Shown here one piece after another: positions 42,277-50,802 of a DNA stretch of 64,000 bases (the first letter of the stretch is position 1; every line of letters begins with the position of its first letter). The translations under genes and the position numbers were made by a program. The notes under the pieces are model-generated. The model was not told where the DNA came from. It ran no database searches and was given only the letters and a program-made list of their open reading frames with translations. Source of the stretch: Akkermansiaceae bacterium. GTDB taxonomy: Bacteria; Verrucomicrobiota; Verrucomicrobiia; Verrucomicrobiales; Akkermansiaceae. The DNA lies in contig JABDMC010000201.1 in the NCBI GenBank assembly GCA_013001695.1, forward strand, positions 32,580-96,579, written 5' to 3'.

Positions 42277-42728
42277 TGCAGCTCCACGTCTCGATCGCCC
42301 GGCAGGAGCTGGAGGTCCGCGACGGTCCGGAGGTCCTGCGGCGCTATCCGGTGTCCACCTCGCGCTTCGGCCCGGGGTGCGAGGAGAACTCCTTCAAGAC
42401 CCCGCTGGGCCGGTTCCGCATCGCCGAGAAGCACGGCCACGACGCCCCGCCGTACACCATCTTCCGGGGCCGCCGGCCGGAGGGCACCTGGGCGCCCGGG
42501 GAAGGTGACGACGCCGATCTCGTCCTGACGCGCATCCTCTGGCTGGAGGGACTCGAGCCCGCCAACTCGAATACCTACGACCGCTATATCTATATCCACG
42601 GCACCAATCACGAGGAGCATATCGGAACCCCGGCGTCCCAAGGGTGCATCCGCATGCGCACCAACGACCTCCTCGAGCTTTTCGATATCGTTCCGGAGGG
42701 AACCGCGGTCACCATCTGCGAGGTATAG
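42276..42728 (+). CDS. L,D-transpeptidase (YkuD) domain protein
   Basis: ATG at 42276 overlaps the bioB TGA (TGATG). MQLHVSIARQELEV...IYIHGTNHEEHIGTPASQGCIRMRTNDLLELF contains the H-G-x...S-x-G-C-I-R-M catalytic motif. Confidence 0.8.
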   Translation: MQLHVSIARQELEVRDGPEVLRRYPVSTSRFGPGCEENSFKTPLGRFRIAEKHGHDAPPYTIFRGRRPEGTWAPGEGDDADLVLTRILWLEGLEPANSNTYDRYIYIHGTNHEEHIGTPASQGCIRMRTNDLLELFDIVPEGTAVTICEV

Positions 42729-42960
42729 ACGCGGTCCGTCGCCGCCCCGCCCCGCCGGGCCTTCCTTCCCTTCCCACCCGCGGAATCAGGTCTCCCCTGT
42801 GAGCAAGCCGCCCGCCAATCCGGCGCCCGCCTCCCGCCAATTCCATTGCAGTTCCTTGCATTCCGGAGATCCCGGCATGCAACTGATGGAAAACAACCAT
42901 GTGAAAAAGTGTTCATTTCCCTTGTCATTAGTGTGTTATGTCGAATGGTGAAGCCCTCCC

Positions 42961-43284
42961 ATGAGTAAAAGTAGCAAATCCAAGGGCAAGCGGTACACCG
43001 CGAAGCAGAAGGCGCAGATCTTGGCCTATGTCGACAAGATCAATGCCCAGAAGGGGCGCGGGGGCATCACCGCCGCCGCGAGCCGCTTCGGGGTCACCCC
43101 GCTGACCATCAGCAATTGGATCAAGGCTACCGGCATTCCCGCCGTGAGGGGCCGGCCGCGGGGGGGAGGCAATTTCGCCGCCAACCTCCGGCAGCTCGCC
43201 GACCTCCACGAGAACATCTCCAAGAAGGAGACCGAACTGGCGAAGCTCCGGCGCGAGTACGCCGCCCTCAAGAAGAAGCTCTGA
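42961..43284 (+). CDS. small HTH protein (IS3 OrfA / transposase_8-like) with C-terminal coiled coil
   Basis: 107 aa. ...YTAKQKAQILAYVDKIN...ITAAASRFGVTPLTISNWIK... (HTH), then LADLHENISKKETELAKLRREYAALKKKL. No OrfB/DDE gene follows. Confidence 0.6.
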   Translation: MSKSSKSKGKRYTAKQKAQILAYVDKINAQKGRGGITAAASRFGVTPLTISNWIKATGIPAVRGRPRGGGNFAANLRQLADLHENISKKETELAKLRREYAALKKKL

Positions 43285-43312
43285 CCGCCCCTCCCCTTCC
43301 CCCGGAAAGCAA

Positions 43313-43349
43313 AACACCCCCCCGGCGAGATGCCGGGCGGGTGTTTTTT
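43313..43349 (+). terminator. intrinsic terminator (possibly bidirectional, between the HTH gene and rplQ)
   Basis: AACACCCCCCCGGC-gagat-GCCGGGCGGGTGTT followed by TTTTT. One mismatch in the stem. Confidence 0.7.
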
Positions 43350-43381
43350 GATTTTGAATCGGGAGCCTCGGGCCCCGGAGA

Positions 43382-43786
43382 TCAATCCTCGGCGCCGAGT
43401 TCCTCGTCATCGTCGCCGCCCACCGCAACCGCGATGTCGACCCACTCGATGTAGGCCATGGGCGCCGCATCTCCCTGGCGCGGGCCCAGCTTCGTGATGC
43501 GGCAGTAGCCTCCCTGCCGCTCGGCACAAGCCGGCGCCACGTCGTTGAAGAGCATCGCCACGGCGGCCTTCTGGCGCAGGTAGCCGAGCGCCTGGCGCCG
43601 GGCGTGCAGGTCGCCCCGCTTGCCCAGCGTCACGAGCTTCTCCGCCACCGGACGGAGGGCTTTCGCCTTGGCGAGCGTGGTGCGGATGCGCTTCTCCTTG
43701 ATCAATGAACACGCAAGACCCGACAACAGCGCGCGGCGCTGGTGGGCCGGGCGTTGGAGTTTCGCGGTTTTTCGTCGGTGTCTCAT
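43382..43786 (-). CDS. rplQ: 50S ribosomal protein L17
   Basis: [56 protein letters not shown].... The C-terminus is an acidic tail. Confidence 0.93.
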   Translation of the reverse strand: MRHRRKTAKLQRPAHQRRALLSGLACSLIKEKRIRTTLAKAKALRPVAEKLVTLGKRGDLHARRQALGYLRQKAAVAMLFNDVAPACAERQGGYCRITKLGPRQGDAAPMAYIEWVDIAVAVGGDDDEELGAED

Positions 43787-43804
43787 GATGGTAGTGGGTG
43801 ATTG

Positions 43805-44938
43805 TTACTCGTCGATGTTCTGGGCGATCAGGTCGGCCAGGCCCACCGGGGCCTCTTCTTCGGCGCCGAGGCGCGGGGCGGCCACGGAGGCCACCGGCCC
43901 CGTCAGGAGCGACGGATCGAAGGTCATGCCGAGACTCAGGCCCAGCTCGGAGAGCTTGTCCTTGATCTCGTTCAGCGACTTCTTGCCGAAGTTGCGGTAC
44001 TTCAACATCTCGGCCTCGGTCTTCATGGCCAGCTGGCCGACGCTCGTGATGTTGGCGTTGTTGAGACAGTTGGCGGCCCGGACCGAAAGCTCGATCTCGT
44101 TGACGCTCATGTTGAGGAGCTTCTTCAGGGCGGCGTTCTCCTCGCTCTGCTCGGCGGGGGCCTCCTCGAACTCGACGGCGTTGTCGTCGTAGTCGACGAA
44201 GACGTCGAGGTGGTGGCGCAGGATCGCGGAGGCGTGCAGGAGCGCCTCGTGGGGCTCCAGGCGGCCGTCCGTCCAGATGTCCAGGAGAAGCTTGTCGTAG
44301 TCGGTCATCTGGCCGACCCGGGTGGCGTCGACCTCGTATTTCACGCGGGTCACCGGGGAAAAGATGGAGTCCACCGCAATGACGCCGATCGGCATCTCCT
44401 TGCGCTTGTTTTCCTCGCCGGTGCGGAACCCGCGGCCGACCTGCACCTCGAACTCGCAGTCGAACTTGACCTTCTTGTCGAGCTTGCAGATCTCCTGGTC
44501 CTTGTTGATGACCTCGTAGATGTTGTCATCCTCGATGTCGCCGGCGGTGACGACCCCTTCCTTGTGGACCTTGATGGAAAGCACCCGGGGTTCCTTGTCG
44601 TGGTGACGGAACCGGACCTTCTTCAGGTTCAGGATGATGTCGGTGACATCCTCCACGACCCCGGGGAGGGTCGAGAACTCGTGCTGCACCCCGGCGATGC
44701 GCACCGAGGTGATGGCGGCGCCCTCCAGCGAGGACAACAGCACCCGCCGCATGGAGTTGCCAAGGGTGTGGCCGTATCCCCGCTCGAACGGCTCCGCCAC
44801 GAACTGGGCGTAGGTCTCGGTGGCGGTCTCCTCGTTCTTCACCAAGCGGTTTGGAATTTCAAACCGGTCCAGTTTAATGGGCTGCTTGGTGTCCTGCTCT
44901 TCTTCGGCTGCCGGGGCAGCAATCGCTTCTTCTGACAT
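43805..44938 (-). CDS. rpoA: DNA-directed RNA polymerase subunit alpha
   Basis: ...FVAEPFERGYGHTLGNSMRRVLLSSLEGAAITSVRI...GVVEDVTDIILNLK... and the C-terminal domain ...ELSVRAANCLNNANITSVGQL.... Confidence 0.93.
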   Translation of the reverse strand: MSEEAIAAPAAEEEQDTKQPIKLDRFEIPNRLVKNEETATETYAQFVAEPFERGYGHTLGNSMRRVLLSSLEGAAITSVRIAGVQHEFSTLPGVVEDVTDIILNLKKVRFRHHDKEPRVLSIKVHKEGVVTAGDIEDDNIYEVINKDQEICKLDKKVKFDCEFEVQVGRGFRTGEENKRKEMPIGVIAVDSIFSPVTRVKYEVDATRVGQMTDYDKLLLDIWTDGRLEPHEALLHASAILRHHLDVFVDYDDNAVEFEEAPAEQSEENAALKKLLNMSVNEIELSVRAANCLNNANITSVGQLAMKTEAEMLKYRNFGKKSLNEIKDKLSELGLSLGMTFDPSLLTGPVASVAAPRLGAEEEAPVGLADLIAQNIDE

Positions 44939-45187
44939 GTATTGTTTGGTTGCCGGGTTTCCCTCCGGCGAGTCGGCAGGATCCGCGATTGCGGGCTGCC
45001 CGGAGGACCAACGGCGATTTGAGTCTCGCTGGCGGGGGACTTAAGGCGTCCCGGCGGGAAATGCAACCCCAATTTTCGCCCCCTCCCGGGGGCCTAACAG
45101 GTCGCCCGGGGCGGCCCGATCTAACACGAATAGACCAAATTCATGCTGGAAAGACCCGGGGTCGGGGCCATAGTTGGCAACGCTGCC

Positions 45188-45454
45188 ATGGCGATGAAAT
45201 CGAAACGGAACCTGACCCGCTTTACCTACAAAACGACCGCGTTTCAGGGCTGGCGGCTTTGCCTCAGCCGGGCCGGTTCGACCTTCACGAAATACTTCTC
45301 GGACAAGAAATACGGAGGGTCCAAGAAATCCCTCGCCGCCGCCGAGAAGGCCCTCGCGGCGCTCCGCAAGCTCGTCGACAACTCCCGCCGGGTGAACGGC
45401 AAGCTGAGCCAGGCGACGATCCGCAAGGCGGAGAAGTTGCTGAAGGACGCCTGA
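45188..45454 (+). CDS. small basic protein, possible AP2-like DNA-binding fold
   Basis: MAMKSKRNLTRFTYKTTAFQGWRLCLSRAGSTFTKYFSDKKYGGSKKSLAAAEKALAALRKL.... The pattern of three short strands followed by a helix resembles AP2/integrase-type DNA-binding domains. This is a weak, pattern-level call. Confidence 0.45.
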   Translation: MAMKSKRNLTRFTYKTTAFQGWRLCLSRAGSTFTKYFSDKKYGGSKKSLAAAEKALAALRKLVDNSRRVNGKLSQATIRKAEKLLKDA

Positions 45455-45471
45455 GCGGCGCGGATCCGGCC

Positions 45472-46887
45472 ATGTATTCGCGATCCGTGCACTGGTTTCG
45501 CCGCGACCTGCGGGTGGCCGACAACATCGGCCTGCGGCAGGCGGCGGACCGCAGCAAGGAGGTCGTTCCGGTCTACGTGCTCAGTGACTGGAAGGGCGGA
45601 CACCTGTGGACCGGACCGGTGCGGCAGGAATTCCTGTGCGGGTGCCTGGCCTCGCTGGGGCGCAATATCGAGGCCCTCGGCGGCCGCCTCCTCTATCGCC
45701 GCGGACGGGCCGACGAGGAGCTGGCGCGCCTCCTGAAGGAATCGAAGGCGGAGGCCCTGTTCTTCAACCGCGATCCGGACCCGTTCGGCATCGCGATGGA
45801 GGCGCGGGTCACCGCGGTCTGCGAGGAACTCGGGGTGGCGGTGCACTCGTGCAAGGACGTCGTCCTGCACGAGCGTTCCGAGGTCGTGAAGGGCGACGGG
45901 GATCCCTACCGGGTCTACACGCCCTACAGCCGCCGCTGGCTGGAGGCCCCGAAGGACGATCCGGTCGCCAAGCCGCGCCGCCTCCGCACCCCGGCGGGCC
46001 TCAAGAGCCTCGATCCGCCGGACCTGTCGGCCTGGAAGCTGGCCTCCAGCGGCGCCGACCTCCCCGCGGCGGGCGAGCGGGCCGCCCGGCAGCGCCTCAA
46101 GACGGCCCTCGACAAGCGCCTTGCCACCTACGACGCGCGGCGCGACCTCCCGGCGGAGGATGGCACCTCGCGCCTTTCGCAGGACCTCCGGTTCGGCACG
46201 CTGTCCATCCGGACCATCTACGGGAAGGTCGAGGCCGCCCGCCGGGCCAGCCGTTCCGCGACGAAGAAGGACAACCTCGGGAAGTTCATCAAGGAGCTCG
46301 CCTGGCGGGAGTTCTACATGCAGATCCTCTTTCACTTCCCGGAAGTCCTCGAACTCGAGTTCAACCAGGACTGGCGCGGCCTCCCGTGGGACGAACCGGG
46401 CGAGGCCTTCGCGCGCTGGAAGGCGGGCGAGACCGGGTTCCCGATCGTGGACGCCGGGATGCGGCAGCTGGCCGGCACCGGCTTCATGCACAACCGCGTC
46501 CGCATGATCGTGGCCATGTTCCTCACCAAGGACCTCCACATCGACTGGCGCCTCGGGGAACAGTTCTTCATGCAGACGCTGGTCGACGGGGAAATCGCCT
46601 CCAACAACGGCGGGTGGCAATGGAGCGCGGGCACCGGGGCGGACGCCGCCCCCTACTTCCGCATCCAGAACCCGTGGTCCCAGACCAAGCGCTACGATCC
46701 CGAGGGGACCTACATCCGCCGGTGGGTCCCGGAGCTGGCCGGGGTGGATGCCAGGAAGCTGTTCACCCCCCCTCCGCCCGGGGAGCCGGTCGGTCCGGGC
46801 TACCCGGCGCCGGTCGTCGACCACAAGGAGGAGCGGGAACGCACCCTCGCGATCTTCAAGAAGCACCGCGCGCAGAAACCCGCCTGA
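45472..46887 (+). CDS. phr: deoxyribodipyrimidine photolyase (CPD photolyase/cryptochrome family)
   Basis: From ATG 45472: MYSRSVHWFRRDLRVADNIGL.... FAD-binding domain ...TSRLSQDLRFGTLSIR..., ...GFMHNRVRMIVAMFLTKDL...NNGGWQWSAGTGADAAPYFRIQNP.... Confidence 0.9.
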   Translation: MYSRSVHWFRRDLRVADNIGLRQAADRSKEVVPVYVLSDWKGGHLWTGPVRQEFLCGCLASLGRNIEALGGRLLYRRGRADEELARLLKESKAEALFFNRDPDPFGIAMEARVTAVCEELGVAVHSCKDVVLHERSEVVKGDGDPYRVYTPYSRRWLEAPKDDPVAKPRRLRTPAGLKSLDPPDLSAWKLASSGADLPAAGERAARQRLKTALDKRLATYDARRDLPAEDGTSRLSQDLRFGTLSIRTIYGKVEAARRASRSATKKDNLGKFIKELAWREFYMQILFHFPEVLELEFNQDWRGLPWDEPGEAFARWKAGETGFPIVDAGMRQLAGTGFMHNRVRMIVAMFLTKDLHIDWRLGEQFFMQTLVDGEIASNNGGWQWSAGTGADAAPYFRIQNPWSQTKRYDPEGTYIRRWVPELAGVDARKLFTPPPPGEPVGPGYPAPVVDHKEERERTLAIFKKHRAQKPA

Positions 46888-46926
46888 GGCCGCGCCGCGG
46901 GGCGCGGGGGCCGCGCGCCGTCCGTT

Positions 46927-47958
46927 TCAGCGGGAGTCCTCGAGGAGGCGCTCCAGCACGGCCTGCACCTCGGCCGCCGGGATGGCGAAGGTTTCCGAGC
47001 GGTTGGCCCGCGCGATGTTCATGCCGACACAGCGTCCCTCGAGGTCGAGGAGCGGTCCGCCGACGGACCGTTCGGAAAGCATGATGTCGTGCTGGATGAC
47101 CCGCGGAAAATTCTCCCGCCGCCCGGAGAAGCGGCCGCTCATGGCGTCATTGCGCGATTGCGGGCCGTCAAACACCCGGTGCCGCTCCATGAGCTCCACC
47201 TCGAAATCCATCTCTTCCCCGTCGCGATCGACCCTGACCTTCAGGATATCCCCGGGCTCCTTGTCCCCGAGGAGATCGAGAAGGTCCTCGCGCTTCTCCA
47301 TCTTCTTGCCCTCGGCCTCGACGATCACGTCCCCGGACTGCAGCCCGGCCTCGGCCGCCCCGGTGTCCTCCTTCACGTCTTCCACCACGATCTGGTCCTT
47401 CTCGGTCTTGAGGACGATCCCGAGGACGACGTTGGAGCTCCCCTTGATCTCCCGGGCGTTGGCGCTGATGATCCCGACGCGGGCCCGCCGCCGGGACCGG
47501 CTCGTGGACCCGTTGGAAACGACCCAGCTGCCGATGGTCACCTCCTCGCCGTCCTTCCAGACGACGGGGGTCAGGTTTTCGGCATCCACCTTGAGGAGGG
47601 CCACGTCCCACTCCACATCGGTCGCCAAGACCTCCACGTCCGTGAATTTCGACGCCCCGATGGAGATGGCCATCTCATCCCGATCCGCCAGTTCGCTCGC
47701 CTTCGTCAGGACATAGCCGTCGGGACTCACCACGAGGCCGTAGGCGAACGACTTCCAGTCGTCGAGCAGGACCGCGCTGCTCGATTGCAGGACTTCGCGG
47801 AGGGGCTCGAATGCCTGCAGGACCGCGGAGCCGTTCAGCCGGTACGGACCTTCCAGTTGCTGGGCCGGGGATACGGACGCCATGGCCCCGAGGGCCGCGG
47901 CGGTCAGGAGGCCCCTAGCGCTCGCCCAGCTCGACTTCGATTGTCTTGTCTTCTCCAT
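46927..47958 (-). CDS. trypsin-fold (S1C/HtrA-like) protein with degenerate catalytic triad and a PDZ domain inserted before the last protease segment
   Basis: Signal peptide MEKTRQSKSSWASARGLLTAAALGAMASVSPAQQ. It reads DGYVLTKASEL where HtrA-type proteases have ...LTNxHV.... The Asp region DVALLKV is kept. A PDZ (DTGAAEAGLQSGDVIVEAEGKKM...) follows. Then IQHDIMLSERSVGGPLLDLEGRCVGMNIA stands where GNSGGPL is expected, putting Val at the catalytic Ser position. Confidence 0.7.
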   Translation of the reverse strand: MEKTRQSKSSWASARGLLTAAALGAMASVSPAQQLEGPYRLNGSAVLQAFEPLREVLQSSSAVLLDDWKSFAYGLVVSPDGYVLTKASELADRDEMAISIGASKFTDVEVLATDVEWDVALLKVDAENLTPVVWKDGEEVTIGSWVVSNGSTSRSRRRARVGIISANAREIKGSSNVVLGIVLKTEKDQIVVEDVKEDTGAAEAGLQSGDVIVEAEGKKMEKREDLLDLLGDKEPGDILKVRVDRDGEEMDFEVELMERHRVFDGPQSRNDAMSGRFSGRRENFPRVIQHDIMLSERSVGGPLLDLEGRCVGMNIARANRSETFAIPAAEVQAVLERLLEDSR

Positions 47959-48931
47959 CTCGTAAAACGGTCAGCTCGATCTTGTCCCCGGGCTCCATGC
48001 CCTTGAGGACCTCCAGAAAGTTCTCCATGTCCTCGATTTCCTCGCCGTCGATTTCGAGGATGACGTCCCCGGTCTCCAGCCCCGCTTCGGCGGCGGCGGT
48101 ATCCTCCAGGACGCGCGTGACTTCCACGCCGCCCTCCTCGCGGGCTTCGGCCGCCACCCCCAGGTAGGCCTTCGCCGGTTCGGGCTTCTTCGCGAACGGT
48201 CCTTCCCCGATGAACTCCGAGGCCAGCATCTTGTCCCAGTTCCGGTGAAATTCCCGGATCGGAACGTGCATGTTCTGCTCCAGCGAGGCGCCCACCCGGC
48301 TGTGAATCCCGATCAGGCGTCCGTTCATGTCAAACAACGGCCCCCCCGAGTCGCCCCCGATCAGCTTGCAGTCCGACTGGATCGTCACATCGGCGACCCG
48401 CACGATGCGCCCGAGGCGCACCACCACCCCGCGGGCGTCGTCGTAGCCCCCGGAGTGTCCCAGCGAAAACACCCAGTCACCGAGGCGCGCGGTGTCGTCC
48501 GCATCGATCTCCACGAAGGGGAACGGCCCCCCCTCCTTGATCCTGACCATCGCGGCGTCGGTGCTGGCCACCAACCCCAGCGAGATCGCGTCGTGGCGCT
48601 CACCATCCGCGGTGATGATGACCAGATCGTCGCCCACTCCCCCGCTGACGTGCGCGGCGGTGAGGACCAGGCCGTCTTCGCTGACGATGACGCCGCTCCC
48701 GGCGCCGCCCTCCCCCAGTTCGATGCCCACCGTCGCCTCGCGGGCCCGGCCGAGGTTGCCCTGGAGCGCCTCCTCGATCTTCCGGAGGTCGCGCAAGGAC
48801 TCGGGGGCCTTCTTGTCGTTCACGTAGAGGCGCCCCGGATTGTCGGCCACGGCTCCCCCCGTCATCAGCGCCGCGGCGAGCAACGCCCTCCAGACCGCCC
48901 CGGGCGGACACCTTCGTAAGATCCTTCTCAT
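47915..48931 (-). CDS. S1C family serine protease with C-terminal PDZ domain (HtrA/DegP-like, intact triad)
   Basis: ATG 48931 gives the signal-like MRRILRRCPPGAVWRALLAAALMTGGAVA. Triad: His in LVLTAAHV, Asp in DAAMVRI, Ser in GGDSGGPLFD. C-terminal PDZ (DTAAAEAGLETGDVILEIDGEEI). It overlaps the next gene by 44 nt. Confidence 0.85.
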   Translation of the reverse strand: MRRILRRCPPGAVWRALLAAALMTGGAVADNPGRLYVNDKKAPESLRDLRKIEEALQGNLGRAREATVGIELGEGGAGSGVIVSEDGLVLTAAHVSGGVGDDLVIITADGERHDAISLGLVASTDAAMVRIKEGGPFPFVEIDADDTARLGDWVFSLGHSGGYDDARGVVVRLGRIVRVADVTIQSDCKLIGGDSGGPLFDMNGRLIGIHSRVGASLEQNMHVPIREFHRNWDKMLASEFIGEGPFAKKPEPAKAYLGVAAEAREEGGVEVTRVLEDTAAAEAGLETGDVILEIDGEEIEDMENFLEVLKGMEPGDKIELTVLRDGEDKTIEVELGER

Positions 48932-48986
48932 CAGATAAATCGAAACAGGATACGCCCCGATTGCGGCCGATCCAACGGTGGAGGCC

Positions 48987-49011
48987 AAAAAAAAGACAAC
49001 CCAACGGCTGT
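48987..49011 (-). terminator. possible intrinsic terminator downstream of the methyltransferase operon
   Basis: On the minus strand: ACAGCC-GUUG-GGUUGU (6-bp stem including one G-U pair), then C and eight U. The stem is short, so support is moderate. Confidence 0.4.
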
Positions 49012-49035
49012 ATGGCGCAGGAAACCCCCTAACCC

Positions 49036-49050
49036 GCTAACCAAGTGCCA
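49036..49050 (-). promoter_or_regulatory. sigma-54-like -24/-12 element TGGCAC-TTGGT-TAGC upstream of the S1C protease pair
   Basis: On the minus strand, GG and GC have the canonical 10-nt separation. It lies about 105 nt upstream of ATG 48931. There is one mismatch to TTGC in the -12 box. Confidence 0.3.
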
Positions 49051-49147
49051 ATTGGGCTGTCTTATCCCCCCGCAGGGGAGACTGGCAGCATCCCGATAGA
49101 GCCGTGCAAGGCAAGGTAAAAGCACCACCGACATTATACACTTAAAA

Positions 49148-49774
49148 TCAGGGATTTCTAACCATTTCGACGAGCCATTCCCGCCCCATGCGCTCCGAGG
49201 CGGAGTTGCGGGGCTGCCGGGCCCCATGGATGCGGAAAAATGGTGCGAATAGGTCCCGGATTTCGGCCCGGCTCGCACGATAGGGCGGTCCTCCGGTGCC
49301 ATCCTCCCGCGGGGGCGGGTCCAGGAAGAACAGGCCCACGAACCGTCCGCCGCCGGGGAGCCAGCGGGCCGCGGCCGCCACGTAGTCGCCGCGCCGCGCC
49401 GGCGGCAGGGCGCAGAAGCAGGTGTGTTCGAAGATGGCGCTGGCGGGCCCGTGGCCGGCGGCGAGATCCGGATCGAGGAAATCCCCGGTCATGAAGGTCA
49501 GCCCCCGGGTGGCCCGGTATCGCGCGGCGGCGAGATCGACGGCGGTGGGCGAGAGGTCAAGGGCCAGCACGGAGTGTCCGGCGGCGGCGAGGGCGTGGGC
49601 GTCGTGCCCCCGGCCGCAGCCCGGCACGAGCACCGGTCCGGGGCCCCAAATTTCCGGCGGCCGGTTCGCGAGGAGGTCGAGCAGCGGCGGCGCGGGCTCC
49701 CCGAGGTCCCACGGCCAGTCCCCGTCGAGGTAACTTGATTCCCAGTCGATCGCGCCGCCTTCGCCGTGGTTCAC
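49148..49774 (-). CDS. SAM-dependent methyltransferase, thiopurine S-methyltransferase (TPMT)-like
   Basis: GTG start overlapping the upstream stop (GTGA). ...WDLGEPAPPLLDLL...VLVPGCGRGHDAHALAAAGHSVLALDLSPTAV... (SAM motif I), ...IFEHTCFCALPP.... Confidence 0.7.
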   Translation of the reverse strand: MNHGEGGAIDWESSYLDGDWPWDLGEPAPPLLDLLANRPPEIWGPGPVLVPGCGRGHDAHALAAAGHSVLALDLSPTAVDLAAARYRATRGLTFMTGDFLDPDLAAGHGPASAIFEHTCFCALPPARRGDYVAAAARWLPGGGRFVGLFFLDPPPREDGTGGPPYRASRAEIRDLFAPFFRIHGARQPRNSASERMGREWLVEMVRNP

Positions 49775-50802
49775 ATCTTCTGCAGGTAGTCTGGCACCTC
49801 GTCGCGTTGCTGGGACGGCGAGAGCTGGGAGCTGCTGAAGGAGACCACCGCACCCACGCCCGCGGCGTGCGGCGCGCCCAGCAACGGCCCGCCGTCGAGG
49901 TCCGGGAACACGTAGCGCATCCGCCGGTCGGCGATGAGCCGGCCCAGCCAGCCGAGTCCGCCCGCGAGGGCGAGGAAGGAGAGGATCCCGACGCCGCGAA
50001 GCAACGGCTTGATCCGCTGCGGCTCGGGTTCCGGCGGCTCGACCCGCGCCGACGGCGCGCCCTCCGACGTGGCCGTGGCGGGCGTCGCCTCCGGGATGGT
50101 CATGGCCTTCTCGAACCAGTAGAGCCGGATCGACAGCTCCACCGAGAAGTTGTCGAGTTGGTCCGCGGGATCGCTTTTTTCGAATGCTTCCTGGATCGCC
50201 GCCTTCCGGGCGCGTTGCAGTTCCTCGGCGGTGACGCTCGCCCGGATGGCGTCACTCACCACCATCTGGGCCTTCTCCGGCATCCCGAGGAAGTAGAACA
50301 CCAGCGCCGTCGGCCCCCCGTCCGCAAAATTCTGGCTGAAGACCGATTCGATCGTGACCCCCTCCGGCAACTCCTGCCGGGCGTCGAAGAGGTAGACGTA
50401 GAGGTCCACCTCGGAATCCCCCGCGTGGTACTCGAGGAAGCTGACCCGGTCGAGGAACTCCTGGCGCGAAAGAAGCTCCTGGGGGTCGAGGATGAAGCCC
50501 GCCGGCCGCCGCGCAAAATACTCGCCGAGGAATTCGCTGTCGATTTCGGACGGGAACTGTTCGAGGGAGGGCACTTCCGGCTCCGGCGGCGGGGACTCCG
50601 GTTCCACCTCGGGCGGCAGGGTCGGCGGGACGAGATCCCCGAGGACTTCCCGCAACAATTCCTGCCCGGGAACGATCTCGCCGGTGCGCAGCTTCTCGAC
50701 ATCCTCCTCGTCCCACTTCGGGAGGGGCGGCAGGTCCTGGGAAAACCCGCCCGCCGCCACGATCCCCCATGCCAGGAGGCTGATTGCCGCCTTGCCCATC
50801 AC
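49771..50802 (-). CDS. membrane-anchored TPM-like domain protein
   Basis: Signal peptide MMGKAAISLLAWGIVAAGGFSQ. TPM-like core (ILDPQELLSRQEFLDRVSFLEYHAGDSEVDLYVYLF...). C-terminal TM GVGILSFLALAGGLGWLGRLI. Family assignment is from pattern only. Confidence 0.5.
   Translation of the reverse strand: MMGKAAISLLAWGIVAAGGFSQDLPPLPKWDEEDVEKLRTGEIVPGQELLREVLGDLVPPTLPPEVEPESPPPEPEVPSLEQFPSEIDSEFLGEYFARRPAGFILDPQELLSRQEFLDRVSFLEYHAGDSEVDLYVYLFDARQELPEGVTIESVFSQNFADGGPTALVFYFLGMPEKAQMVVSDAIRASVTAEELQRARKAAIQEAFEKSDPADQLDNFSVELSIRLYWFEKAMTIPEATPATATSEGAPSARVEPPEPEPQRIKPLLRGVGILSFLALAGGLGWLGRLIADRRMRYVFPDLDGGPLLGAPHAAGVGAVVSFSSSQLSPSQQRDEVPDYLQKM

Noticed and set aside
42961-43284. Start of an IS3-family insertion sequence
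   Set aside because: There is no OrfB/DDE reading frame, no slippery frameshift site and no terminal inverted repeats. The gene is followed directly by a terminator and rplQ.
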